Both the position numbers and the translations under genes were made by a program. The notes below the pieces were generated by a model, which was not told where the DNA came from, ran no database searches, and saw nothing but the letters and a program-made list of their open reading frames with translations. A stretch of DNA of 64,000 bases from Basidiobolus meristosporus CBS 931.73 (Eukaryota > Fungi > Basidiobolomycota): assembly GCA_002104905.1 (NCBI GenBank), contig MCFE01000181.1, positions 62,001-126,000 of the forward strand. The letters are read 5' to 3'. Of this stretch, positions 11,949-25,523 are shown one piece after another. The stretch's first letter is position 1, and every line of letters starts with the position of its first letter.

Positions 11949-14470
11949 CCCTATGAAAAGTTATTGTGATGATCCCATCAAAAGGCCATCACAAATTCAG
12001 AGTCCTGCAACTAAGAGGTACTGATCCTGCCAGGACACCATCCAGAGACTGTTGAAAAATAATTGCACCCCAGATTTCACAAAAAACTTGGTCAAAATTT
12101 TTCATCCCACCAATATATTAGTGGCTTTGGATTGGTTCCCTGCCAATTTGCTCACTTTCTGATCCCAGACACTCAATCACCTCCTATATTTGTGTACATT
12201 GATTGGCTATTGCCTCTGTTTCACATTCCTTACTTCCTGACTCAACTGTTTCTCTTACTTTTTATGTGTACAACTGACTCTACTGTTTCACTAACTTTTC
12301 ATGTGTACAAATTGATTTATTTCCATTGAAACATCAGTTGTACCTCAATTGCCAATTGTATTGACCTATACAAGTCCCTATACCCTGCACTAACATTAAG
12401 CTCAACACCACACTCAACAAGTAACTCCATTAAAATCCACCACTCAATAAGTGTTTCTGCTGTAATGCACTGGTTCCATGACTCCAGTGGGAACCCAACA
12501 GCTTTATGCCACTGTTCATTCACTGGTTCCCACACATCCTAGTCTTCAGCCTGCACTGCAAGGTCCAGCACCTCATCCACCAGTCTTTGCAATAAATCCT
12601 TGCAATATTCAAGTGCATTTTATTGAGCACTGCTCTTGAAGAAGTGCTGCAACCTCTTGGTGTGCCTATTAATGTTCCAAAATTCCACCAAAGGCATTTT
12701 GATATTCTTTTGAGTTCTTGATGTTATAGCCTTATCTGTCATGGGATCTCCACCCTGTCAACAATGGAGGACATGGAGGCTGTGGTAGACAAATTGCCTT
12801 TCTCTGCAAACTTGTCTACCTTGCTGGAGTGCAGCTCAACTGCCTGCACTTCCAACTCTTGTGAAAACAGCTGTTTTCTTGTTGGTAATTCTTCTTTGCT
12901 ATGATGGGATTCAGTCTGTTCCAGGCTTACAGCATTAATTGGTAAGAACTGCAGTTTTTTTATATGCTTCCCTGTCTCAAGCTTGGGTACACATTTTCCC
13001 CTTTACCATTTCCTTTATCACTGCCAGGTCCTTCACTGCTACTTTGACTGGGTGCTTCTTGAGTGGTACTACACTTTTTCCTTGATAAATGTTGTGCTGG
13101 TGCATCCATGTCTGCCTGCTTGTCCCTAATTGGCACTCTTCCAGCTACCTGACATCTCTTTGACGCTTGTCTGGAGCTTTTGGAACTGCTTGTAATGGGC
13201 TCTTGAGGAAGCCGCTGGTTTTTAGCCATGGCACCCATGTTCTTCTGCCTTTGATAATTTCTGCTATTCTTAAGATACTCTCTTGGCATTCCAATGCTGG
13301 CCCAAAATCCATTTGCTCAGTTGAATCTGGAATAATGCTCATGGAGCAAGCCAAGCGCATTCTGCCTGGCCTTGAGTTCCTGATGGTCCCATGGAATGCC
13401 AGCCTTAAGGTGATGGTGTGCTAGACATCTGACAGCCTCTTGTATATTAGCCCACTCTTCATCATTGCACTCAATGGCTTCACAGATCTTCAATGTCTTT
13501 GGATTTTTGGGCTTTGGTTAAATACCATATTGTCTCCCTCCCATGCTGTGATAGGTTTTTCTGTGGGCTTTATCTTTGGGCACTGTTGTTGTGCTTCAAA
13601 GACTGTATGGTGTTCCTCTGCTGTTACATTGGGAAATGGCTCAATTCTTAGCTGTGACATTGAGCTACCTGAGTTCCTTATTTGCAGCAAAGGTACTGCT
13701 TTCTCTACCTGGGATATTGATTGCTCTAAACATATTATCTGCTCAACCTGTTTCTGGACTATTTCCTGATTTATCTAGGCCATTGCATCTATCCTATCAG
13801 CCACTGCACCTAATTGCTTCATTGATGCTTTGGTATGAGCTGACAACATACTTGCCAGTATGGGTGGTGGTGATGTTATCATGGCCACTTGCTGATCTTC
13901 AACTGAGGGTACTGTGTTTGCTATATTCTCATCTGCCTGAGTATAATGGTCAGTTTGTGGCTCTGCAGAGGTTCACAATTGCCTACTTGACTGAGAGCCT
14001 GAGGAGTCTGCATTTTTACCTTCAATGGGCACACTGTCCACAGGGCCTTTTTTGGATGTAGCCCTGCCTGTTGCACTGAATGTCAATGCAAGCTGTTGTC
14101 CAACCATTCTTCTGTTGCCATCAGTGATGGGGTTTGGTTGAGAACCAGACAACTTTGCTTTATTTTTTGGCGGCATATATATGGAAGTGAGACAAGCCAA
14201 AGGGGAAATAGTCTTACATATACATGTGTATGTGGTGCCACAACTTTATTTATAATGCTTACTATGGTGGGTCATCATTGAATGTTACATTCATGTAGGT
14301 GCAATGTCTCAAATACAAGATTGTCTTAGGTTCACATGACCCTATGAAAAATAATTTGGTCCCACAGGTGGATCCAATCTGGATCATCTGTCAATATCCT
14401 GTTTAGAGACTGTCATAATAACAGCAGCTTGGAATTAGTGACCCTCCTGACAATCTTATAACAAGATCAT

Positions 14471-16840
14471 TGTTGTAAAAATTTGTATTTCCACCTAAAT
14501 ATTCACCTAACTTAGTCACTTAGATCATCACCTTCAAATCCTAGAGAATACTGACCAAATTCCTTGTCGGGATTTACTTAGAATATTTTCACCAAAATGC
14601 CAGGTACCCAGAACATGAAAATTCTCAAAGTTGTCCAAACAGCCCCAAACTTTGCACACATGTTCTTGGGACCTTCCTTAACCTACTCTACGTGTTTGTA
14701 ATGCCAAGACCAGGTAAAAGTATAAATACTACTTTTACATTCAATAAATCATCAAGTGAAAACCACATAATCTACTTGTCCTCCCAATCACTTCCAATAT
14801 CTCCAAGACTCTTACAACAGGTTATGAGCCCCAAGCTGTCACTCTCTGCAATGTCTACTACTGCTATTACGGAATTTTTCCCTCTGCTGAAAAGTTGGAT
14901 GGATCTCACTACCAAGTGTGGAAGGTGAAGATGAAGATGCTGCTACAAGAAAGAGGCCTTTGGGATATTGTCATGGGAGAAGAATGCCCTCCTAAAAATG
15001 TGGGAGAGGAAGCCTTAAAGTACCAGAAGAAAGAACAAAGTGCCTTTAACTGCCTTTGCCTTAATGTTAAGGACAAATTGCTAATTCAATGCTCAAGAGC
15101 AAAAACAGCAAAGAATGCCTGGAAGGCATTAGAAGACACCTACCAGTCATGTTCAGCTGCCAAGAAAATGTATCTGAGACAAAAATTCTTTACTACAAAG
15201 ATGCTGCCAGGAGAAGAAATGAAAAATCTAATTAACAGAATTACCCTGCTGGTAGATGAGATGGAATCTGTGGGCATACCAACTACTGATGAGGATGTGA
15301 TAGTTACCATCCTGAATAGCCTGACAGACAAGTTTCAGGGCCTTGTATCAGCCCTAGAGTCCAGAACTGAAGATTTGACCTTAAATTACATATATGGAAG
15401 GCTCCTGGATGAAGAATTAAGAAAATCAAGTGCCAATAAGAAGGAAGAAGAAAATGCTTTAATAAGCAATGATAACCAACAAAGGAGGTACCCAAGACCC
15501 TACAAAGGCAACAGCAACCTGTTTTGTAACTACTGCAAAAGGAAAGGACACACATCAGACCGGTGTCTCAAAAAGAAAGATAATCAGCAAAAGAAGCCTG
15601 AATATGGAAATGCTGCAACAACTGAAGATAGACTATTCATATCTGCACTAAATATGACCACAAACAAGGATTCTCAGATGTGGTATATTGACTCTGGAGC
15701 TTCTCAACACTTTACACACCAGAAAGAACTTTTTACCTAATATCAAGAAATTCCAATTAAGAAGGTTTTCATGGGTAACAATAGAACACTTGATGCAGTG
15801 GGAGAAGGAACTATCCAAGTAAACCTTAGAAGCAGTGAAGGAAGCCGTACACTGACCTTTAAAGAAGTACTCTATGTACCAGAATAAGCCAAGAACCTAC
15901 TCTCTGTAAGCAAGGCCACAGCAGAAGGACTCAGTTTCAGTTTTGACAATTCTGGATGCAGCATCACTGATCAAAATGGTGCTCATATTGCTTTGGGCAT
16001 CAGAGATCAGAATCTATACAAGTTGACTTACATTCCATCATATTTGGAGGCCAATATAAGTAACTTAAATGAAGAAACACCAATGCTTTGGCACAGGAGA
16101 TTTGGGCACATCAATTTTGATTATTTGCACAAAATGATCAAAGATCAGCTAATTTCTGGAGTGAAAATTGATCCCCCAGCTAATTTGGAGCACTGTGAAG
16201 CCTGCATATATGGGAAACAAGCCAGACAACTGTTCAAGAGCTCTGGGTTAATCAAAACTAAGAAAAAATTAGATCTAATTCACTCAGATCTGTGTGGACC
16301 TATGCAAATTTATCCTTAGGCGGGATGAAGTATTTAATCACTTTTATTGATGATTATAAAAGATACACATGGGTCTACTTCATGGAGAGAAAGGAAGAAG
16401 CTCTGTCTAAGTTTAGGGAGTTTAAAGCCATGGTGGAGAGAGAAACTGGTGAAAAAATCAAGAAAATACGCTTTGACAATGGTGGAGAATATGTTGTAAA
16501 AGTTCATATTTCCACCTCAATATTCACTTAACTTAGTCACTTAGATCATCACCTTCAAATCCTAGAGAATACTGACCAAATTCCTTGTCAGGATTTACTT
16601 AGAATATTTTCACCAAAATACCAGGTACCCAGAACATGAAAATTCTCAAAGTTGTCCAGACAGCCCCAAACTTTGCACACATGTTCTTGGGACCTTCCTT
16701 AACCTATTCTACGTGTTTGTATTGCCAAGACCAGGTAAAAGTATAAATACTACTTTTACATTCAATAAATCATTAAGTGAAAACCACATAATCTACTTGT
16801 CCTCCCAATCACTTCCAATATCTCCAAGACTCTTACAACA
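14471..16840 (+). mobile_element. Ty1/copia LTR retrotransposon, internally truncated (gag-protease-partial integrase; no RT/RNase H)
   Basis: 349-bp LTRs TGTTG..CAACA at 14471-14819 and 16492-16840, ~11 differences by eye. 5-bp TSD ATCAT. PBS GGTTATGAGCCC at 14820. Gag with CNYCKRKGHTSDRC, protease WYIDSGASQH, LWHRRFGH..CEAC and integrase DLIHSDLCGP..FIDD..IRFDNGGEY. Confidence 0.92.
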
Positions 16841-16957
16841 ATCATGACGGTGTTTTGCAAGTTTTACAGCCAAATAAAGGAATAAAACTTGACAATTTTT
16901 GATTGGTGCTGTGACAATATTTGCATGGTATTGTTGCGGTCTTTCAGCGCTTTATTA

Positions 16958-19453
16958 CTATTTTAAGTGGAACCAGTTGGCCAGGACTTCCAATTGCCTT
17001 ATATAGCAAGAAACTTGACGGTATTTTGACGGCCTCACAGCAAGACTCTGATGGTGTTTTCTTGGCAGTGTGATGGCCTGCTGCTTCATATATTCCACTG
17101 TAGAATCACCTTTCTTTATTTGATTACCCACTACTACCTTGGGTATTCCACATATAGCTTGAATCAAAAAATACTATGGCCTCCTGCTACTAACCTCTAC
17201 AAATGTGCACACCTGCCGCAATTGACATATTTCTATCACCTCAACTTTACAGCTTCTTAGTGTGATACTTGCAAAGTTGCCATATACCTTGTACTGCTGG
17301 TAGCATATACACTTGCAAACATATGCTTGGTTGTTGCCACTTCTGCCATGAATACCTGCTGAATATTGGCAAAGAACTTCTTGGTATTTAGCCAATATAT
17401 TCCTTCTCCCTGCTGGATTCAAGTCCCCCTTATAGGTGTGCTCTGGCATTTGTTGGTGTGAATTCCGTATTGAATGGTGTAGAAGTTGGCTTGTGACCAC
17501 AAGAAGTCTGGCATATCTTGGTGGAGTTTTCCTGATAAAAATTAGTTGCTTGTTGCACCCAACCCAACTTTGCATTTCTTAACTAATTACCCACTCATTG
17601 GGGCTGCTTAGCTTTGTAATGCCATAGGCATAGGTGTCTCCATGTGCACATTTGTCCTCAGTATTTCCCAACTCTCTCTGGCTGTCCTCCATGTGCCAAC
17701 TCATCACTTCCATGATGGACTTGGAGGTAATATTCTTGATGTGATTGGGATATGGTAGTACCTGTGACTTGACTTGTCTTCCTATCTCCCCACACATCTG
17801 CTCCACAGGAAACTCCCAAAAGGTGAAGCAAGGCCCAATATTCTCCACACACCATGCAAGATGGAGTAGAGAATGGATACAGTAGCAATGAAATGACCCA
17901 TGTACAACTTGGTCATCAGTATTGGGATATTGTTGAAAAGCAAATGCATTGCTCCCAGTGGAAGGCTTTTGCTCCAAGAGATCCCCTCTATCTTAGGTAT
18001 CTCTGGTTTCTTGTGGATTCCATATTCCAGCCAATGGCTTATAGCTTGCCAACTTTGCTGCAATTGCATGCTTACTTCTGTACATTCTCTCAGTGGAAAG
18101 ATGGTGTTCTTAGTGCCAATGTTTGGGTAATAATAATGTGTGTGAGTTATTGAGTAAATCCCCTGGATCTCACACATTTGACAGCAATACCATCCATTGT
18201 GCCCAGAAAAACAAGCTATCTTGCTGATGGCTGGGGTATCTCCAATGCAGATAATAATATGTGCTTTTACATGAAAGCCATCTACCATTATCCTGCTGGA
18301 AAGCATACAAAATTCATCCAGCAATGGATACAGGTAGCTATCCAGGTTGGACGGTGACTTAGGCCTAGATACCAGAGAGACTACCATCAGAGTATTGCTC
18401 TAATACCATAAGATGGGTGGCAGATTCAGATTGATGAGAATCAGTGGCCAGCAGGATTTGCTGGTAGAGTACTAGTTTAATGAGAATCCATCAGGTGCTA
18501 AAGCAAAGGCATGGTCATACATACTTCAAAGTAGCCCTTGCTTCTTAGCTGTTTGTAATGTTTGCCATGAAATATATTGGATATGTTTGCACTTGATTGA
18601 TACTGAGTGCGATACTGTATAGCTTTGCAATATTTGTTGGACTGCATCAGCTTCCTCAGACAGGGTATGACTGGAATATATCTGGAGTATGAACAATGTT
18701 TTCCCTCAATGGTGGTGGATTCCTGACAATTTGGACACATTGCAATGGTAGCATTTTTGGATGTGAATGCCATGCAACTGTTAACACATGCTGGAATCAG
18801 GACAATCTCTGGGTCATATGTTACCAGCCACATGACAGTTGTCCACTTGTACCATGTACATGGTAGGTTGCATCCTGGTATGATTTTGGCAAGAAGTAGT
18901 AATAAATCCTCAAAGCCCCCATTACTGATATTAGTGGAAATGCACCACTTCTCTAGCCACAATATTACCTTATTCACTAGTAGATGGATTACTGGGCTCA
19001 CTTGGCTCCATAAAGTACCCTTGGCATTTGTTTCAATGGGTGTTGTCTCATTGCATATAGGGACTTGACCGGGCTCATATGTTGTACGTTGTTAGGGGAG
19101 ATAGGCTCAAAATCCATCAGTGAACCTTCTTTGTAAGAGCTATCACTCTGTGTGCCATAATCAGAAGGCTATGGTGAGCCTAAAGGTGTCACAAACTCAC
19201 CTGACTCAGTTTGCGCAAGGTGACAAAGATGGCCAGGTGCCAATATAGAAGTATCAACTGGCCTGCAAGTTAATGTTGGTACAGTAGTGACCAATGAATG
19301 GTCAAATATGACTTGGGTGGCAAAACACTGGCCGTGATCCTTGTAATACTTCCTATGCTGTCTGTGTGCTTCATAGCTGAGAGGCTTGCCACAATAGCCA
19401 CATGGTCTTTTTTCTCTTCTCTTACAGCGTTGAGTCAAAGTAGTCTTGTCCAT
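16958..19453 (-). pseudogene. EnSpm/CACTA Tnp2 (Transposase_21-type) transposase of copy 2, disrupted, ~830 codons
   Basis: N-terminal CGYCGKPLSYEAHRQH, then PACVNSCMAF..CPNC, ALAPDGF, CWPLILINLNLPP, PKSPSNLDSYLYPLLDEF, IGDTPAISKIACFSGHNGWYCCQMC and FTFWEFPVEQMCG. These match the EnSpm Tnp2 motif order. Stops and frameshifts are present. Confidence 0.85.
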
Positions 19454-21213
19454 GGGGCAAACAGTATGACCTTCAACAACGTAATACTATTGTACCACTT
19501 TTTGGTCAATACTCATGTGAACTTAAGACAGTGTTGTACTTGAGACATTGCACCTATATGAATTTAAGATTCAATGATGACCCGCCATAGCAAGCATTAT
19601 AAATAAAGTTGTGGCACCACATACACATGTATATGTAAGACTATTTCCCCTTTGGTTTGACTCACTACCATATATATGCCACCAAAAAATAAAGCAAAGT
19701 TGTGTGGTTCTCAACCAAACCCCACCGCTGATGGCAACAGAAGAACGGTTGGACAATAGCTTGCTTTGACAATTAGTGCAACAAGCAGGACTACATCCAA
19801 AAAAGGCCCTGTGGACAGTGTGCCCATTGAAGGTAACAATGCAGACTCCTCAGGCTCTCAGTCAAGTAGGCAACTGTGAACCTCTGTGGAGCCACAAGCT
19901 GACTGTTATGCTCAGGCAGTTGAGAATGTAGCAAATGCAGTACCCTCAGTTGAAGATCAGCAAGTGGCCACAATAACATCACCACCACCCATATTAGCAA
20001 GTATATTGTCAGCTCATACCAAAGCATTAATGAAGCAATTAGGAGCAATGGCTGATAGGATAGATGCAATGGCCCAGAGAAATCAGGAAGTAGTCCAGGA
20101 ACAGGATGAGCGGATAATATGTTTAGAGCAATCAATATCCCAGGTAGAGAAAGCAGTATCTTTGCTGCAAAGAAGGAACTCAAATAGCTCAATGTCATAG
20201 CCAAGAATTGAGCCATTTCCCAATGTAACATCAGAGGAACACCATACAGTCTTTAAAGCACAACAATGGTGCCCAAAGATAAAGCCCACAGAAAAACCTA
20301 TCACAGCATGGGAGGGAGACAATATGGTGTTTATATCAAAGCCTAAAAATCAAAAGACATTGAAGATCTGTGAAGCTGTCAAGTGCGATAATGAAGATTG
20401 GGCTAATATACAAGAGGTCATCAGAAGTCTAGCATGCCATCACCTTAAGGCTGGCATACCATGGGACCATCAGGAACTCAAAGTCAAGCAGAATGCACTT
20501 GACTTGTTCCATGAGCATTATCCCAGATTCAAATGGGCAATCAGATTTTGGGCCAGAATTGGTATGCTAAGAAAGTATCTTAAAAATAGCAGAAACTATC
20601 AAAGGCAGAAGAACAAGGGTGCCATGGCTAAAAACCAGCGGCTTCCTCAAGAGCCCATTACAAGCAGTTCCAAAAGCTCCAGACAAGCATCAAAGAGACA
20701 TCAGGCAGCTGGAGGAGTGCCAATTAAGTACAAGCAAGCAGACATGAATGCACCAGCACAGCATTTATCAAGAAAATGTGTAGTACCACTCAAGAAGCAC
20801 CCAGTCAAAGTAGCAATGAAGGACCTGGCAATGATAAAAACCAGCCACTTTTACTGGAGCTTGTCACAACTACAGTTGAGAGCTCAAAACAAGCAGAAAA
20901 GAAACATCAGGTTGCCAGAAGAGTTCCAGCAAGGGACAAGCAGGCCAAAACAGATGTATCAGAGCAGAATTTATCCAGGAGAAAACGTAGTTCTTTGCAA
21001 GAAGCACTCAGACAAAGTAGCAGTGAAAGACCGGGCGGTGATAAAGGAAAAGGTAAAGGGAAAATGTCTACCCAAGCCTGAGACAGGGAGGCATGCAAAG
21101 AAAACTGCAGTCCTTGCCAATTAATGCCGCAAGCCAGGAACAGACTGGATCCCATCATAGCCAAGAAGAATTACCAACAAGAAAACAGCTGTTTTTACAA
21201 GCATTGGAAGCGT

Positions 21214-22281
21214 TGTGGTGATGTATAGGTCCAAGGGAGAGATACGTCCAACACTTCTCAAGTGTTTTGTGTGTGGGGTGTTCACTGGGTGCAATAACCT
21301 CTGGCAAAAGCTTGCTAGGAATACTTGGGTTCTGTCTCTAATCTAATGTGAAGGGGAATAAAGCCACAAGCTTGTCAAGGGAAAACTATTGAGCTACAAT
21401 CCCCAACTTAGTTGGCGTCTTAACAAAAGTATGTGCTGGGTTCAGCGTCCTTTGAGATGACAATGTACTAAAGCTTCCAAAGTCAAAACAACTGTAAACT
21501 CCACCAGCAGGGACTTGATAAGAATGCAGCTGTGGTCAATAGTTACAAAGACAGAAAAGTATCTTTGCCTGTACAAGAACAAACTTGGGAAAGAATCAAA
21601 TATAATAAAAGATACCTACTCTGAGTATTCCTCACAAGTAGTGCCTCCAAGGTCAGTTGGCTGTCAGCGTGGTTTCCTGGGAGTGTCCTGTGGTCTAGGG
21701 TTGGAAGTTCAGGCAGCAGGTAGCAGTGATCACACTAATCAACAAGTTGGTATATTGATAAAAGGGATGATGATTTATTGTTGAGGGATAGCCTCCCTTA
21801 TATACTTTTCTTACTGGCTAAGTGATTACTAATCATGGTGTTCCAGAAGGTTCCGGATATCAATAGAAATCTTAATGACATCAGAATGACCTAAGAATGT
21901 TCTAAGTAGGTGCCGGAAGGTTCTAAGAGGCACAGCACATCCAACCAATCAGGAATCAGTATTCTGAATCCTGTGTAACATGGGGATACCATATATGGTA
22001 TGGAAATGGTAGGGATGGTGACACGGGTTGATCATGTGTCACGGGTACTGGCGCGGGTACTTGCCTAATATAGAAGCACTTGTAACTAGTAATCTTACAT
22101 AAAGTGAGGGGTAACTTATGCAATAAGGTAAGCAGGTGTGATAGTCAACCGGCTTATGGGATAGTACTGATTGGGTAAGACAAATGGGATAAAACTAAAA
22201 TGAGTGTAGTAGGGATATAGGGAAGTAGAAAATAAGGCAATGAGCACATCTGTCAGTGGGTGTCACTGTCACCCCACTACA
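21214..22281 (-). repeat. Solo LTR A (1068 bp)
   Basis: Termini TGTGGTG..CACTACA and 4-bp TSD GCGT. Host ORF-B rejoins on removal. TATA-like and AATAAA signals lie on the minus strand. Confidence 0.8.
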
Positions 22282-22666
22282 GCGTAGCCAGTTGAGCTAC
22301 ACTCCAGCAAGGTAGATGAGTTTGCTGAAAAAGGCAATTTGTCTACCACAGCCTCCATAGCCTCCATTGTTGACAGAGTGGAGATCCCACTGACAGATAA
22401 GGCTACAATGTCAAGAGCTCAAAAGACTCTCACAATGCCTTCAGTGGAGTTTTGGAACATAATAGGCACACCAAGAGGTTGCAGCACTTCTTCAAGAGCA
22501 GTGCTCAAGAAAATGCACTGGAATATTGCAAGGATTTATTGCAAAGACTGGCAGATGAGGAGATAGACCTTGCAGTGCTTGCTGAAGACCAGGGTGTGTG
22601 GGAACCAGTGAATGAACAGTGGCATAAAGCCGTTTGGTTCCCACCAAAGTTGTGGAACCAGAGCGT

Positions 22667-23468
22667 TGTGGTGGTGTAGAGGTACTCCTGGGAGAAGCTA
22701 CACAACTCAAGGTGTGTGAGGTGTCTGATGTGTGCAATAACCTCTGTGTCTAAACTGCTGGTGTCTTTGTCAATATGTCACTATGGTAAAAGCTCCTGCT
22801 TCTCTAGCTTCCTAGGTGCTCCAAGTGTCTCCAAAGGCCTCTGTATGTCTTGTGCACTACCCTGAAATGCTCCTTGATGGCAGGTCTGAGATGTACTGTT
22901 GAAGGCAGGTGAGGTGATCAACTGCTAATCAATAAGGTAGAAGTGTTACTGATACAAGGGATGATTTATTGATAAGGGCTTGCCTTCCCTTAAATACTTT
23001 TCCTGATTGCCAAGACTACTAATGACAAGGTTCTAGTAGATTCTAGGTATCAGTGAAATTCTTGATGACATAATTATGAGCTAAAAATATGTCAAGAACG
23101 TCAAGGAAGGTTCTAAAAGGCACAGCACATTCAACCAATCAGGATTCAGTAGTCAGAAACCTGTGCAACATAGAAATACCATATATTGTATTGAAATGGT
23201 AGGGATGGTAACACAGACCTAGGTCATGTGTCACGGGTACCAATGTGAGTACTTGCCTTATGTAGATACATATACAGATCACAAAGCTGAATAACATCTG
23301 GGATAACTAATGCTAATAACTAATCAGGGTAAACATCATATGAGGATAATACTGATAATATGGGCAAAAGAAGAATGGGATAATACTGATAAGATAAAAT
23401 ATGGATCAGTATATCATAATGACTATATGAATAAACTTGTCTGTGGGAGGTATGTTTACCCTACCACA
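22667..23468 (-). repeat. Solo LTR B (802 bp), related to LTR A
   Basis: Termini TGTGGTG..TACCACA and TSD GCGT/GCAT. Shares a ~300-bp core with LTR A (GGCACAGCACAT(C/T)CAACCAATCAGGA, GAAATGGTAGGGATGGT, CATGTGTCACGGGTAC). Confidence 0.8.
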
Positions 23469-25523
23469 GCATTGCAGCAGAAATACTAATTGAGTGGTGG
23501 ATTTTAATGGAGTTACTTGTTGAGTGTGGGGTTGGGCTTAATGTTAGTGTAGGGTATACAGACTTGAATAGGTTAATACAATTGGCAATTGAGGTACAAC
23601 TGATGTTTCAACGGAAATAAATCAACTTGTATGCATGAAAAGTAGGAGAAATGGTTGAGTCAGGAAGTAAGGGGTGTGAAAAAGAGGCAATAGCCAATCA
23701 ATTCACACAAATGTAAGAGGTAATAGAGTGTCTGGGATCAGAAAGTGAGCACATTGACAGGGAACCAATCAGAAGCCAACTATACATTGTTGTGACGAAA
23801 ATTTTTGACTAAGTTTTTTGTAAAATCTGGGGTGCAATATTTTTCAATGGTCTCTGGACAGTGCCCTGACAAGATCAGTACCTCTTAGTCACGGGACATT
23901 AACTTTGTGACGGCCTTTTGACAGGATCATCTCCATCATTTTTCACAGGGTATGAGTATTGACCAAAAAGTGATATAATAGCGTTACATTGTCGAAGGTC
24001 ATACTGTTTGCCCCATGGACAAGATTACTTTGACTCAATGCCATAAGTGAAGAGAAAAAACATGATGGGGCTATTGTGACAAGCCTCTCAGCCATTAAAC
24101 AGGCAGACAGCATAGGAACTATTGCAAGGATCAGGCCAGTGTTTTGCCACACAAGTCATATTTGACCATTCATCAGTCACTACTCTACCAACATTATCTT
24201 GCAGGCCAGTTGATACTTTTATATTGGCCCCTGGCCATCTTTGTCACCTTGCGCAAACTGAGTCAGGTGAGTTTGTGACACCTTGAGGCTCACCATAGCC
24301 TTCTGAATATGGCACGCAGAGTAATAGCTCTTACAAAGAAGGTTGACTGATGGATTTTGAGCCTATCTCCCCTAACAACAGTACCACATATGTACCCAGC
24401 AAGTCCCTATATGCAATGAGACAACACCAGTTGAGGCAAATGCCAAGGATACTTTATGGAGCCAAGTGAGCCCAGTAATTCATCTACTGGTGAATGATGT
24501 AATGTTGTGGCTAGAGAAGTGGTGCATTTCCACTAATATCAGTAATGGGGGCTTTGAGGATTTATTACTACTTCTTTCTAAAGTGATACTAGGATGCAAC
24601 CTATCATATACATGGTACAAGTGGTCAACTGTCATGCAACTGGCAACAAATGATCCAGAGACTGACTTGATTCCAGCATGTGCTAACAGTTGCATGGCAT
24701 TCACATCCAAAAATGCTACCATTGCAACGTGTCCAAATTGTCAAGAATCCTCCACCATTGAGGGAAAACATTGTTCACACGCCAGACATATTCCAGTCAT
24801 ACCCCATCTGAGGAAGCTGATGCAGTCTGACAAATATTGCAAAGCATACAGTACTGTACTCAGTATCAGTCAAGTGCAAACATATCCAATATATTAGATG
24901 GCAAACTTTACAAACAGCTAAGAAGCAAGGGCAACTTTGAAGGTATGTATGACCATGCCTTTGCTTTAGCACCTGATGGATTCTCATTAAACAAGTACTC
25001 TACCAGCAAATCCTGCTGGCCACTGATTTGCATCAATATGAATCTGCCACCTATCTTACAGTGTCAGAGCACTAATCTGATGGTAGTCTCACCAGTATCT
25101 GGGCCTAAAGTCAACCTCTACACAATTCAATATGGAATTCACATAAACAAAAGCCAGAGTGCACCTATAAGGGGGACTAGAATCCCGCAGGGAAAAGGAA
25201 TATATGGGCTAAATACTTAGAGGTTGTTGGCAGATAATCATGAGGTATTCAAGGCAGAAATGGCAAGAACTAAGCATATGTTTGCAAGATGTATATGTTA
25301 CAGCAACACAAGGTATATGGCAACTTTGACAGTATCACACTAACATGCTGTAAAGTTGAGGTGATAGAAGTATGTCAATTGTGGCAGGTGCGTGCATTTG
25401 TAGAGGTTAGTAAGCAGGAGGCCATAAATATTTTGATTTGAACTATATGTGGAATACCCAAGGCAGTAATGTGTAAGCAAATAAAGAGGGGTGATTCTAC
25501 AGAGGAATATATGGATTGCAAAA

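Larger units (their letters stand above)
19676..23620 (+). pseudogene. ORF-B (second, TnpA-like gene) of copy 2, disrupted and interrupted by two solo LTRs
   Basis: Starts MPPKNKAKLCGSQPNP and is collinear with ORF-B of copy 3 (27699-29768) once the LTRs at 21214-22281 and 22667-23468 are removed. Confidence 0.8.
14340..23950. mobile_element. CMC/EnSpm transposon copy 2 (structurally complete), nested in the intergenic region of copy 1
   Basis: Termini CCCTATGAAAAATAATTTGG (14340) and ..CATCATTTTTCACAGGG (23950). Flanks CATGA/TATGA rejoin the host copy sequence TTCACATGAGTATTGACC. Carries a copia element and two solo LTRs. Confidence 0.9.

Noticed and set aside
21515-21784. ORF inside solo LTR A, and the many antisense or alternate-frame ORFs across the TE block
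   Set aside because: They are shadows of TE coding frames or chance ORFs in CG- and stop-poor sequence, with no independent motifs.
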